DNA of 61,863 bases, filler included, from Choristocarpus tenellus KU-1152 (taxonomy: Eukaryota; Protista; Phaeophyceae), in the NCBI GenBank assembly GCA_964200185.2. It is 10 parts of 10 records of this genome, joined end to end, with 100 filler letters (N's around TTAATTAATTAA, not from the genome) between each part and the next. Parts side by side here need not be neighbours in the genome. Positions count along the whole stretch, not along the records: positions 21,521 to 30,162 come from CAXNAD020004498.1; positions 30,263 to 35,485 come from CAXNAD020011449.1; positions 35,586 to 42,108 come from CAXNAD020007947.1; 7 more parts are not named here. One strand, 5' to 3'. Both the position numbers and the translations under genes were made by a program. Below, in pieces: positions 25,100 to 36,370 of this stretch; the first letter of the stretch is position 1; each line of letters starts with the position of its first letter. A model generated the notes under the pieces. That model worked only from the letters and a program-made list of their open reading frames with translations, was not told the origin of the DNA and did not search any database.

Positions 25100-26345
25100 G
25101 TCGAAGAACAAGAAGAAAATGACTTAAACATTAACACAGGAAGAGATGCATAATGTATTCTGAGGTATTTGTTGGCAATCACCCTCAACTCAAACGTTTC
25201 AATATGTATCCTGTTTCACCTATTACAATAAATCTACCTACTGCTAATGGTTCATCACTGCATATTCGTGGATTTATTCGTTTTGCACTTATACTTGGTG
25301 ACGCCACATTGCCTGTTGAAGCTTCAGTGATTTCTTCAACTTGGTCTCGAAAAAATAGTGCTTGAAATTGGTGTCATGCAGGCTTCTGGTGCAATCCTTG
25401 ATTGGCAAGAACAACGTCTCTCGTTATGGTACCATTCCATCAAGAATTACATGACAAGGGGCCCTACACAACAAGTACGTGATACAAGTACTACTCTTTC
25501 ATGCTCTCTGTGGTGAGTGTATAACATAATTTTGACCCTGTACCCATTCGTTTACGTAAACAGTGAGTAAAAGTATCTTAGAGGGTACGAGTTTTGCCCT
25601 GTTTGTCCGTTTGGGGCTTGGGTTCCCATAATTTTTTTAATGAAATTTTCCTACTCCGAAATGGTTCAGAGGAGGTAAAATGTATACATTATGAAAAGGT
25701 GTATCCGGAATAAGGATATCGACACTTCGTAACAAACATTATAGCCAAAAGCACATCAAAATCACAACATTAGATTTTGGCCCCCAAATGGACGCGGCTC
25801 TAACCTCAAAGATACTTTGACTCAGTACAACATACCAGCTGGTCATTAAGTCCTCGCACATTGCACTATTGCTGATAGGCCGTCCCTTGATGCTGCCGTT
25901 GTAGTGGAGGCAGTCATACATTCCATGCCTGATGTAGATCAAAATAATGAATCCACACATATCCATGTAAATGTATCGCACCTGTTTGCACTCTCAGTAG
26001 TTAGTTGGCGAGCAATAGATCAGTATTGGTTCAATTGGCAAACCCAACCGCACGTAGGGTTCATATCAAGAATATTCTTGTGATTGGCCATTTAATCCCT
26101 ATTCCTGATCCGCCACCCCCTACTATTAGTGCTCTGAATACTGATTCTGCCTCGTTCAGTGAAGCTAGAGAGGAGTTACGTCAAGTTTTCAGTAAGACAA
26201 ATGCATCCAAAGATACCACGTTCAATCAGTCACAAGTGTTTCGACTTTTAGACCTGTATGCTCATTATAGTTCGGTACTTTCGTTGAATGCAGCAGAACT
26301 GTCCAGAAGAACTCTACCTGAACCAGAAATTCCTATAGACCCTGG
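25100..26345 (+). mobile_element. Ty3/Gypsy remnant (protease to pre-RT region), interrupted by a MITE B and truncated by the Copia LTR
   Basis: Peptides TANGSSLHIRGFIRFALILGDATLPVEA and LLDLYAHYSSVLSLNAAELSRRTLPEPEIPIDPG resemble the gypsy protease and pre-RT linker. Confidence 0.6.
25565..25823 (-). mobile_element. MITE family B, TSD AGT, inserted in a Gypsy remnant
   Basis: Reverse copy. AGT at 25562-25564 and 25824-25826. Confidence 0.9.
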
Positions 26346-26440
26346 TGTGCAAAATAGGACAATAGTGAGGTGTATCTTAATTTGTGCCTTATGAGAGATT
26401 ATTGTGTTGAATTGAGTCCAAATGATGTCACTAAGAGATA

Positions 26441-26543
26441 CTTCCTCTGACCCAAAATATAAGCTAGCTACATACGGACAAAACTTATGATGATTTATAC
26501 CGGTTTTTGTCCGAATGTAGCGTATATTTTGGGTCAGAGGAAG
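26441..26543. mobile_element. 103-bp near-palindromic Stowaway-like (Tc1/mariner) mini-element inside the Copia LTR
   Basis: TA|CTTCCTCTGACCCAAAATATA..GCTACATACGGACAAAA ... TTTTGTCCGAATGTAGCGTATATTTTGGGTCAGAGGAAG|TG. Confidence 0.7.
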
Positions 26544-29276
26544 TGGTAATGAACTATCTGTGAAGTTCTGAATTGTCTATTGAGTTCGGTATTGTAGCTA
26601 AACTGTTCTGACGCAAATAATAATAAACAAGCAATAGAAGACACCCCACAAAGGTCACTCTTCTAAATTTCATCCATCCATTCTTTTCACGTTTAGCAAA
26701 GGGGATCGCGCGAGGCTACACACCTTCTTGTCTTCACTACTGACAAATAGCAATACCTTCCAAGGTAAATTGTACAGGTTATGAGCCTTAGTAGTATGGA
26801 GATTGTCCTGAAGAAACTTGCTGTCTGGACGGGGGCCACAGAAAGGTCATTGGAGATCTGATCCACTTGGAGACTGTCGTTGATAGGCCACACTGGTGGA
26901 ATGGGTTTGTACGGGATTATGACAAGGGACTATGAGATTCCTGAAACACCCGCCACCATCTCGGGAGAGGCAGTGCGCATGGCACATGCCACGCATATCA
27001 AGAACTACAAGATGTTACGGTTCCTGCTTATCCAAGTGACAAAGGGATCAGCATCAGCAATCATTGTGAGATATGAAAACGAAGGTCAGCCAGACGGCAG
27101 AGGGGCATGGTTAGAGCTAGAAAGAGTCTATGGAGGACGCACTGAGGACGATATCCCCGTGCAGCTCATTACATTGGAGGAGAGACTTCGACAACTCCAG
27201 TGCGCGGCATCACAGGACAGCACGGATTTTGTAGTTAAACCCGAGTGACTATTTTCTGACTTCGAGCAGCTCAAGGAGCTTAAATCCGAAAACATGAAGA
27301 GGGCATCTATAGTATTTGGGATCAAGGAAGTCATGCCACATGTGTTCGCGAAATTAATAATGGGCCCTGATATCAGATATGATGAGTTCAAACGGGCAAT
27401 AATCTCTTCGACAACATTACCTTCACTCAGGTCAAGATGGGTATGATGGGGTATTGGCAATGCACAGCACTGTGAGGAACGGCCATGCTGGGAAGTCCAG
27501 GGGATCAGCTGGAAGCGGCCCCAAACCAAACCAATTTGCATACTGCTTAAAGATGAACCATCAATGGAAGAGGTGCTACTCATACTTGAATGGAAAGCCA
27601 CCTAACACGCCCGCCTGGGATGGTGCTGCCAGAACACCTCCACCATCTCCACCTGGTGGGAGCAGTAACAACGGGCGTACACCGAGCAACAGAGTCAACG
27701 GGAACCAACATGCTCCTTCTCCACCTTCAAGGTAACAGTAGAACGAGGAGGTAACAAAGGTGTGATGCTCAACTCCTCCAATGGAAGAAAAATCGAGATG
27801 TTGTGTGACTCCAGAACAAACGTACATCTTACACCTGATCGTGAAGACCTCGTAAGCACTCGGCCCACCAAATTGGACATGCACCTTTGGTAACAATGGG
27901 CAATTGGAAGCGAAGGAAACTGGGGATATGGTTCTAATGGTGACGGACAAAGACGGTAAGCCAAGAAAGGGTGGTTCTAAAGGATGTTCTATCGGTGCAA
28001 GGTGGGTGTACTATGACGCATATTGAGCATTGGAATGATATCTGGGAATGGAAGAGAGTTTATGGATTCAGGAACAAAAAAAGTTATCTGAAGACCGCCA
28101 AGAATTCGCCCAAGATAAACGTATGAAGGTTTGGGGTGTTCTTAAATTCAATACAAACTGTACTTAAGGAGGAACGAGAATCGAGAGCCAGCTCAGCTCA
28201 AGCCAAACAAAAGCAGAAGCTAACATTGAAGGACGACCACAACGTATTGGACCACATCAAGCCATTGGCTATCAACCATCTCGAGAAGAGTGGACTGTTG
28301 GAGATCATCACTGATGCTACTGTGGTCTCTGAACTGCGATGCAAGACATGCAGGGAGTACAAATCAGAGGCTCTAAGCTATCAGCAGGGTGACAGGACCC
28401 CCAAGCAGCCTGGCGAGGTTGCCCACACGGATTTGGCAGGATATTTTCAATCAGAAATCACTGGTTACAGATGTTTTCAGGTATTTGTTGATGAGAGCAG
28501 CCGGGACAAGAGGGTTTACGGGTTGAAAACCAAACACGCAGCGAGGGACGCAACTGCTGCCTATCTCAACCAGATGGTCAGGGAAGGTATACCAGTCCAA
28601 TGTATCAGTGGGGATGGTGTTGGCGAGCTTGGGAGGTCAGTAAAGTTTCAAAGGATGCTGGCGAACAACGGTACCAGATGGAGGAAATCCCAACCGAGAA
28701 CACCGCAGAGCAACTGGATCACGGAAAGGGCAATAAGGCAATTCATGGGGGCAATAAGGAGTCATCTGGTAAAGGCTGGGCTGGGCGATGAGTACTGGTT
28801 CTATGCCATCACGGACGTCGCCTTCAAAACTGGAGGCATGCCATATGAATATCTGGGAGGAGAGACACCATGCGAGCGTCTATCGGGAAAATCCTTCAAT
28901 TATGATAGGCTTTGGGTCAGGGGGAGAGCGAGTGCTATGTTAAATAGGATAAGGAGCAGAGGGAAGTCGGTTCAAAATTTCACCCATACGACAAGCGAGG
29001 TATTGTCATGGGACACGATTGCACATAACTGTGTTGGTACATCTGGCTTCCTCAAGAGGCCAAGTTGGTGACCTCAGCCCAAGAGACGTTCAAGCCACAA
29101 GAACACATTATGAACTTCGTGGGGTAGAGAGAGACCATGTCTTTGACCGACGATGACGATATCTCCAATACATGGAAGATGACATCAATGGGGATCTCAA
29201 TATTGTAGTCGATCCGATACCAACAACTCTGAGCAAGAACTCGACAAGTTCACGTACTGAGCAACGGAGGTCAGTC

Positions 29277-29578
29277 AGGATAGCTCAACAACCCAGGGTG
29301 GACTACAGGGGTTTACACTCTGGCGATACCCAGGAACTGGGAGATAATATAGTCCATCTGCTCAGAGCAAGCACAGCTGACACCTACTGTTTGATGGGCA
29401 TGGCAGGTGACATCTTGATAGGCCACGAGGATAGCTCAACAACCCAGGGTGGACTACAGGGGTTTAAACTCTGGCGATACCCAGGAACTGGGAGAGAATA
29501 TAGTCAATCTGCTCAGAGCAAGCACAGATGACACCTACTGTTTGATGGGCATGGCAGGTGACATCTCGTTAGGCCACC
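29277..29578 (+). repeat. 151-bp direct tandem duplication inside Copia pol
   Basis: 29277-29427 and 29428-29578 are near identical. The length is not a multiple of 3, so the frame shifts. Confidence 0.93.
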
Positions 29579-30770
29579 AGGAGCCATCAACCATTGCAGA
29601 AGCCCTTGCAGGGCCTGATGTAGAACACTGGAAGGAGGCAATGGAGCAAGAAATGGAGGGCCGACGAAGCAAAGGAATCTTCCATGAGGGAGAGAATCTA
29701 CCACCAGGGAGGAGACCTATCAAGACCAGGCTCATATTTAAGATGAAAAGGACAGTCAATGGAGACATTGAACGGTTCAAGGCCAGGCTGGTGGCACGGG
29801 GTTTTTCCCAGCAAGAAGGGGTAGACTAGTTCAGCACATTCAGTCCAGTGGTGGGATTTGAGGTGATTCGGGCAGTCCTAGCTACTGCGGCCAACAGAAA
29901 CTGGGTCATCAACTCCCTAGACTTCACTCAAGCCTAACTGAGCACACCACTCTCTGAGGATGTATGGCTACAACTGCCCAATGGATCCATCATAAAAGCT
30001 GCCAGGGCCATCTATGGCCTTAAGCAATCAGCAAGGGAGTGGTACAAGGTGTTAAAACATAGGCTACTCATTTGTTTCTTATTGATATGATACACATCTA
30101 CCAGCTTGTACTGACTGTTGATTGGTGCACTGCACTGGTTGTTAGTGTTCATTTATTTATTGNNNNNNNNNNNNNNNNNNNNNNNNNNNNNNNNNNNNNN
30201 NNNNNNTTAATTAATTAANNNNNNNNNNNNNNNNNNNNNNNNNNNNNNNNNNNNNNNNNNNNCTTGGTCGGGGTCGCTTCCAAATCGTAGCGGTGCCCTC
30301 CACAAGCACCGAAATATTTTTTGAACAATAATATATCCCGTTCAAAAAGGGGCCCTTAAAAAGTGCCGCAACATTTACGAAAAAAAACATATCGACACTT
30401 TTACCAGGACAATTTTGGGTCAAACCCATCCTCCATAGTATGCTCCATCCTCAATTTCGCTGAGAGGCTGTTACATCAACTAAATTGTAGGTTTTTGAGT
30501 ACATTGAAAATTAGTGTCCGAGACAGATTGTTACACCTACCTGCAAAAAACATGTTCTGAATGGTAATGTTTAAACCGACCGTGGAGGTCCACAACACCA
30601 CCACCAGTCATATTGGACAGCTCAATTAAAAAAATAATTGTGGTGCAATAGCTCGTTGCAATAGTTGGTATTATTATACTTCTAGTTTAACAATATGTGA
30701 GAAGTGCAGTAGTGTGTAGTGCGTCTGACCAAGGTCAGATAGTTTCCAGGCAGATGTGAAGAAATAGGAT

Positions 30771-31739
30771 GAGTGAAAATATCTTCGAGGGTAGAGCTGC
30801 GTCCATTTGAGGGTCAAAATCCAATGTTACGATTTTGATGTCATTTTGGCGACCATGTTTGTTAGGAGATGTCAATATCCTTGTTCCGGACACACCTTTT
30901 CATAATGTATACATTTTACCTACTCTGAAATCTTTTGGAGTAGGTAAAGAGTGAAAGTATCTCAGAGGGTACGAGTTTCACCCTGTTTGTCCATTCGGGG
31001 CTTGTCTTCCCATGGGTTATTTTATGACATTTTCCTACTCCAAAATAATTTTGGAGTGGCTCAAAGTATCTGGGAGGGGGGTTTGGCTGTCCATTTGGGG
31101 TCAATTTTATCATATCGTGATTTTTGGGTGATTTGGTTGCCATACGTCGGATGGATAATGCAAATGCATTTTTCCCAATTTTGGTCCAAATGGACACCCT
31201 CGTGTAGACACCTCCCACCCCCCCAGATACTTTGGGTCAGTAGGAAAATGTGTACGTTAAGAAAAGGTGTGTCCGAAACAAAGATATTGACACTTGAGTG
31301 AAAGTATCTTAGAGGGTACGAGTTTTGCCCTGTTTGTCCATTTGGGGCTTGGCTTCCCATGGGTTATTTTATGACATCTTCCCACTTCAAAAGTTTAGGG
31401 GTAGTTAAAATGTATACGTTATGAAACGTGTATTCAGAATAAGGATATTGACACTTCCTAACCAACACGATAGGCAAAATAACATCAAAATAGTATCATT
31501 GACTTTTGGCCCCCCAATTGGACGCAGCTCTACCCTCTAAGATACTTTGACTCCTTTCTAACAAACACGAAAGCCAAACTACATCATAATCGCAACATTG
31601 GATTTTCGCCCCCAAATGGACGCGGCTCTACCCTTAAAGATACTTTGGCCCTAAAATGTCATTAAAACCCCGTGGGAAGCCAAGCCCCAAATGGACAAAC
31701 AACAAGGAAAACCTCATACCCTCTAAGATACTTTCACTC
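30771..31739. mobile_element. Nested MITE stack: B1(+) 30771-30948 and 31652-31739; B2(-) 30949-31651; inside B2, A(-) 31058-31238 and B3(-) 31296-31553
   Basis: Removing elements in turn restores complete B copies. TSDs are AGT for A and CTT for B3; the B2 TSD is imperfect (AAA/TAA). Confidence 0.9.
31058..31238 (-). mobile_element. MITE family A, full length, TSD AGT, inserted in a family B copy
   Basis: TIRs GGCTCAAAGTATCT / AGATACTTTGGGTC. AGT on both sides; removing the element restores the B sequence TTGGAGTAGG. Confidence 0.92.
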
Positions 31740-33362
31740 GTATTAATAATAGGAGTAATACATACTGGGTGAGTTCTTCCCTATCTTGCTGTTCAAAATC
31801 TTCTTCGCTGCAGTGGTAAGCAGACCAGTGAAGGAGTTCAATCAATACTGATCGGACACAGTCATCTTCAAGGGCCTGAACCCCCCTCCAGGATACTATG
31901 GGTCTCACAACAAGTTTGTTGGCCTCGGAGTCACTATATGTAATGATGTTGATAAATCGTTTGCGAGGATCAGTTGATGGGTTCAGAAATTCTGGCATTG
32001 TTTGCCAAAGCAGGGATTTCCATCGGACTGGGCAAACGAACATGACAGAACTGGACTGTGAACTAGTCCAGATGAAATGTGTTTCCTGTCCAGGAAGATC
32101 ATCGGATATTTGGACCAGACCGGGCCGCAGGCCAGAACTAGTGAAGTATTTTTATACAGGGCAAGTCCAGAGCCGTCATATATCTCAACCAGACTAGGAA
32201 GCAAGTCAACCCTGGTGAAATCCGTTAAACATGACCAATCCAACGCCACCAAAGAATATAACCCAACAGGACTGCCAGGCACCCATTAAATCAGTCTTGT
32301 TTGAAGATGGTATGAAGCTGGCCCAGCTAGCTTCACCTAAATCGTAACATGATGATGAGGAAAATGCACGTACCTGAGTTATTTTTCAAAAACATATTGG
32401 TGTTCCACACAATTAATGTATTTGGGACAGTTTGGAGGCCTGCCTAACATACTTTTCAAAGGGCAGGCCTGAACCATCTCGACCAGGCTTGTCCAGCTAA
32501 CATTCGATTTTGTCAAGGGTCGTCAGAATGTTATTACCAGACCCAGCCCCTGGACAAACGTTGAACAAGATCGACCCAGGATGGTCAGATTTTTGATCAA
32601 CCTAGGCTGCACACTGACCCAAGTAAATACTCCAGAGAGTCAGAGTAAACGAGAGGTATCCAGAGTTGTATTTTAATGTAACGCTGACAAATATTTAGGA
32701 AAATCGGCTACTTTAACAAATGTGTATACGATGAGTTCTGACTGCGCCGGGGAAAAGATTCAACAAGCAATAAGAGAAATAAACGCTCTCAAGTCAAACT
32801 TAGAACTTCCTCCATAGAAATATAGGTGAATTGAAATAGATTTTTTTTTAAATATAAAAATTCAAAACGGCCATAACCTCAATACCTCCAGTTTACTTTG
32901 GTTAAGAGTACATTTTCGTAGAAGCCAGTCCCGGGCTGTCAGAGATTGTATTCGGAGAGCCACTTGCCAGTCCGTGGCCCCAGTCCAGCCAGCTGGTCTG
33001 GTTAACTGACAGCCTGGTAAGAAAAGTCCTGTCCACAAGTACAGCAAGGGCTTCATGACAGAACTATAAATGTATCAACTTGAGCTCGAATATTCGCATT
33101 CTCAAGGCCAAAGTATTTCAGATCCTGTTGTTGCAAGGCTATGTGACATTGCACACTTCACCATGTCCACTATGAAGCTTTGCTCTCACCATCGCAAATT
33201 CCCTATTGCGCTGCATCAGATCCTTTCACGAATAGGAATGAACCGGTCGTGGACTGTCATACCAAAATATCCATGCAAAGAAGGGCCTGGTGTGACAGGA
33301 TCAAGGTGACCGGGAAAAAAGAAAGTTCCTGTTCACAGGGTCAGTTGCATGCACGAGGGATG

Positions 33363-33621
33363 GAGTGAAAGTATCTTAGAGGTTACGAGTTTTTCCCTGT
33401 TTATCCATTTGGGGCTTGGCGTCCCATGGGTTTTTTTATGACATTTTCCTACTCCAAAATGTTTAGGAGTAGGTAAAGTGCACATGTTAAGAAAAGGTGT
33501 GCCCAGAACATGGATATTGGAACATCCTAAAAAACACTGCAGGCAAAATCGCATCAAAATCGCAACATTGGATATTGGCCCCCAAATGGACACAGATCTA
33601 CCCTCTAAGATACCTTGGCTC
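33363..33621 (-). mobile_element. MITE family B
   Basis: Full-length reverse copy with both TIRs. TSD ambiguous (GAT with a 1-nt offset). Confidence 0.88.
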
Positions 33622-33776
33622 GATGGGCAACTGGCTCCCAAAGCTGTTGTTGGAGATATTGAAAATTTTCAGATAGCTGGCAACAAACCAATATAGGTGG
33701 TACCGGTGTGTAGTTGATCGAATAAGTGATATGCCAGAGAAGCCACGATATTTATTTGAAGCACTACTTCATGCTT

Positions 33777-34030
33777 AGAGCAAAGGTTATCGAGAGATAT
33801 GCAAGCTTGGACCCTTGTGCGTTCTAAGCCATCTTTGTTATCCTGTGCAATACATCCTATTTCATTGGTTTTTTGTACACAATATTGTACGCAACATTAA
33901 TGCTACCTCTTTCTACATAAAGCGAGACTACAATTCAGCAAATGTTCTTTCTGTAACCGTAGAAAATGATACCTTTTTGCCAGTTTCTCGAGATCCTTAA
34001 ATGCACTTTTCCTACCTCTCAATTTCTTCT
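33777..34030 (+). mobile_element. Diverged MITE family C copy
   Basis: Core TTGGACCC..TTCTAAGCCATCTTT..ACAATTCAGCAAA..GATCCTTAAATGCA..CCTACCTCTCAAT. Confidence 0.65.
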
Positions 34031-34147
34031 GCTCTCTAAAGTATTAGCCCAAGCAGATAAGAGCACAACCACACTCACCACAACCTGCTGAATGCTGCTT
34101 TACTTACTCCTTTTCTGTCTAGGTTAATCTTGCGTTCCCCTCACTCT

Positions 34148-34403
34148 GAGAAAAAGTATCTTAGAGGGTACGAGTTTTGCCCTATTTGTCCATTTGGGGC
34201 TTGGCTTCCCATGTTTTTTATTATGACCTTTTCCAAAATGTTTAGGAGTAGGTAAAATGTATACGTAATGAAAAGGTGTGTCCAAAACATAGATATTGAT
34301 ACTTCCTAAAAAGCACGGTAGCCAAAATTACATCAAATCGCAACATTGGATTTTGGCCCCCAAATAAATTGATGTGGCCCTACCCTCCAAGATACTTTTC
34401 CTC
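34148..34403 (-). mobile_element. MITE family B, TSD TCT
   Basis: Reverse copy. TCT at 34145-34147 and 34404-34406. Confidence 0.88.
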
Positions 34404-36199
34404 TCTTGTGCGATATGCAATGAGTGGTGATATTTATATCATCATTATCATTATCGTTGTCATTATCAACGACTATCAACGACGTTGGCTAAGTCCTTCA
34501 CCTTTCCAAGTTATTGGGTGCTAGTGTTTTATGCCTTGGTTCTCTTGGCCCCCCTTCTTAGCTACAATGAGCTTTTCTCTTTCTTCTCCCTCATCCTTTC
34601 GTTTTTGCAGCATACTGATTTTCTCAAGTATTGTATTTTTGACGTTCTTCCTCTTCTGTCTTTTGACCACAGGTTGGGAACCCCTCAAGCAAATTATGTG
34701 AACGACCATGTATAGAACCTCATACACCAGACTGGTTGAATTCGGTGGGGTCGGACCACGGACCACGGACCAACTCAGTTTAAAATTATTTGAGCAGGGT
34801 CAGTCCAAGGTCTTGAATCGAACACCTAGGGATTAAACAGGACAAGTGCATGGGTTGATCCAGGAAAGGCTAGACCAGGCTTAAGAGATTTAACTGGGCT
34901 TGCTGCAAGTCGATACAGTCAAGGCATATTTTGACGAGGTCAGGTTGAGTCTCAATCGGCATGGTCTAACTGGGCCTGGGGATTCATGCCAGCAGATACC
35001 CCCTTTCAGAACGGGTTTTTTGTAAGTGCACGAATATATCTTTGCATTCAATGGAATATTTTGTGCTGACTGACATTTTGCACATGCAAAGACATGTTGT
35101 CATAGAGGGGACAAGAAGCTACATACAAGGCAAAAAAACACGGTCAACAAACACAGCAACAAGGTAGTCCATGCTGCTTACAACCATGGCCATAATCTAA
35201 AAACACAACTGCCTTAGCGGCTGCGCAGGTCCGTACGCTTGCTAACAAATCCGATCTTATTTTTAGGGGCATTACTATCTTGGTGAGGCATCACATTGTT
35301 ATGTATGCACCCCCTCAAAAAAATGCACAGAGTAGCGTATTATATTATCACACCTATGGACGTTTGTGGATGTTGTTGTGGGGGGACATATAGGGGGGAT
35401 GGTTGACTAACAAATTACTGAATGCATGTACAATAGGCAATATTTCTTACGACAAATAGAACCCATCATGCACGCGTACGTATTGNNNNNNNNNNNNNNN
35501 NNNNNNNNNNNNNNNNNNNNNNNNNNNNNTTAATTAATTAANNNNNNNNNNNNNNNNNNNNNNNNNNNNNNNNNNNNNNNNNNNNCTATTCCTGTGCCCC
35601 CGGGGGGGGGAGCTAGGGAGGCATCCCAACAATCCAACAGAGCCCTCCCTGCCCATTTCCCTGGTGACTCTAGTTTGAAGCGCATGACACGTCGAGACAA
35701 TGCCACTTGCGTAGTTATAATTGTTATAGTATTGACAGTCGTCTACTCCATCAACTTTGTCATGCCATAACCTTTGATCGCATAATCATGTTTAACTATT
35801 TGATGGGTGTTAGTTGGTCAACTTGTAGTAATCGTGAGAAATACAGGACCATCCTTAAATAAAGTAGCGCGAGGTTCTCATGGGGATGCCAGGCGGCGCG
35901 CGTTAAGGACGATTTTGACGCCAGAAGAGGCCATCTTCGCCCCGAGAACATGCGCGTTGTTGCCTCTCCATTCTCTTACCATTATTTCCTATTTATGCGA
36001 TGTTGTCACCTGCAGACTAAGGCTCACTCATGGGGGCCCGGGCCTCTGAGCCAGATAATTCATGCCAAGTCAAATGAGGTATTCTGAAGTTGCAGGCCTC
36101 CTGTGAGACTTAAATGTTTGTACACCCTGTCCAATTTGGTGCACTCCATGCCTTTCTCGTTGGAATATATCAGGTGGTAAGCAATTCTCATCCTGAAGA

Positions 36200-36370
36200 A
36201 CCTCTCCACAATTACTCTGGACAGCCCCCCTTCCTCCTAAAGACTGACAAGAACGTTGACTCTCATTCCAGGTAACGTGTAGTCACAGTGGCCTCGTACA
36301 TAGTGCTTCGCCTGCTCCCAGACCATCTCTATCGGGTCAATTCACAGTATCGTGTGAGGGGCAGACCACA
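36200..36370 (-). pseudogene. IS630/Tc1-like (DDE_3) transposase fragment
   Basis: RYCEL/PIEMVWEQAKHYVRGHCDYTLPGMRVNV matches the 'HCELNPIExxWxxAK..R..CDYT' motif with one frameshift. Confidence 0.62.

Larger units (their letters stand above)
26346..30060 (+). mobile_element. Ty1/Copia LTR retrotransposon, 5' part, non-functional. Putative LTR 26346-26776, PBS 26777-26788, gag ~26800-27730, protease ~27800, integrase 28136-29071, start of RT 29580-30060
   Basis: TG...CA followed by GGTTATGAGCC. Gag: DGRGAWLELE and a degenerate knuckle YCLKMNHQWKRC. Protease-like CDSRTNVHLT. Integrase: HNVLDH..CKTC, HTDLAG, SGDGVGE, TPQSNWITER. RT: WKEAMEQEM..KARLVARGFSQQEGVD, AIYGLKQS. Several stops and frameshifts. 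Confidence 0.93.
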
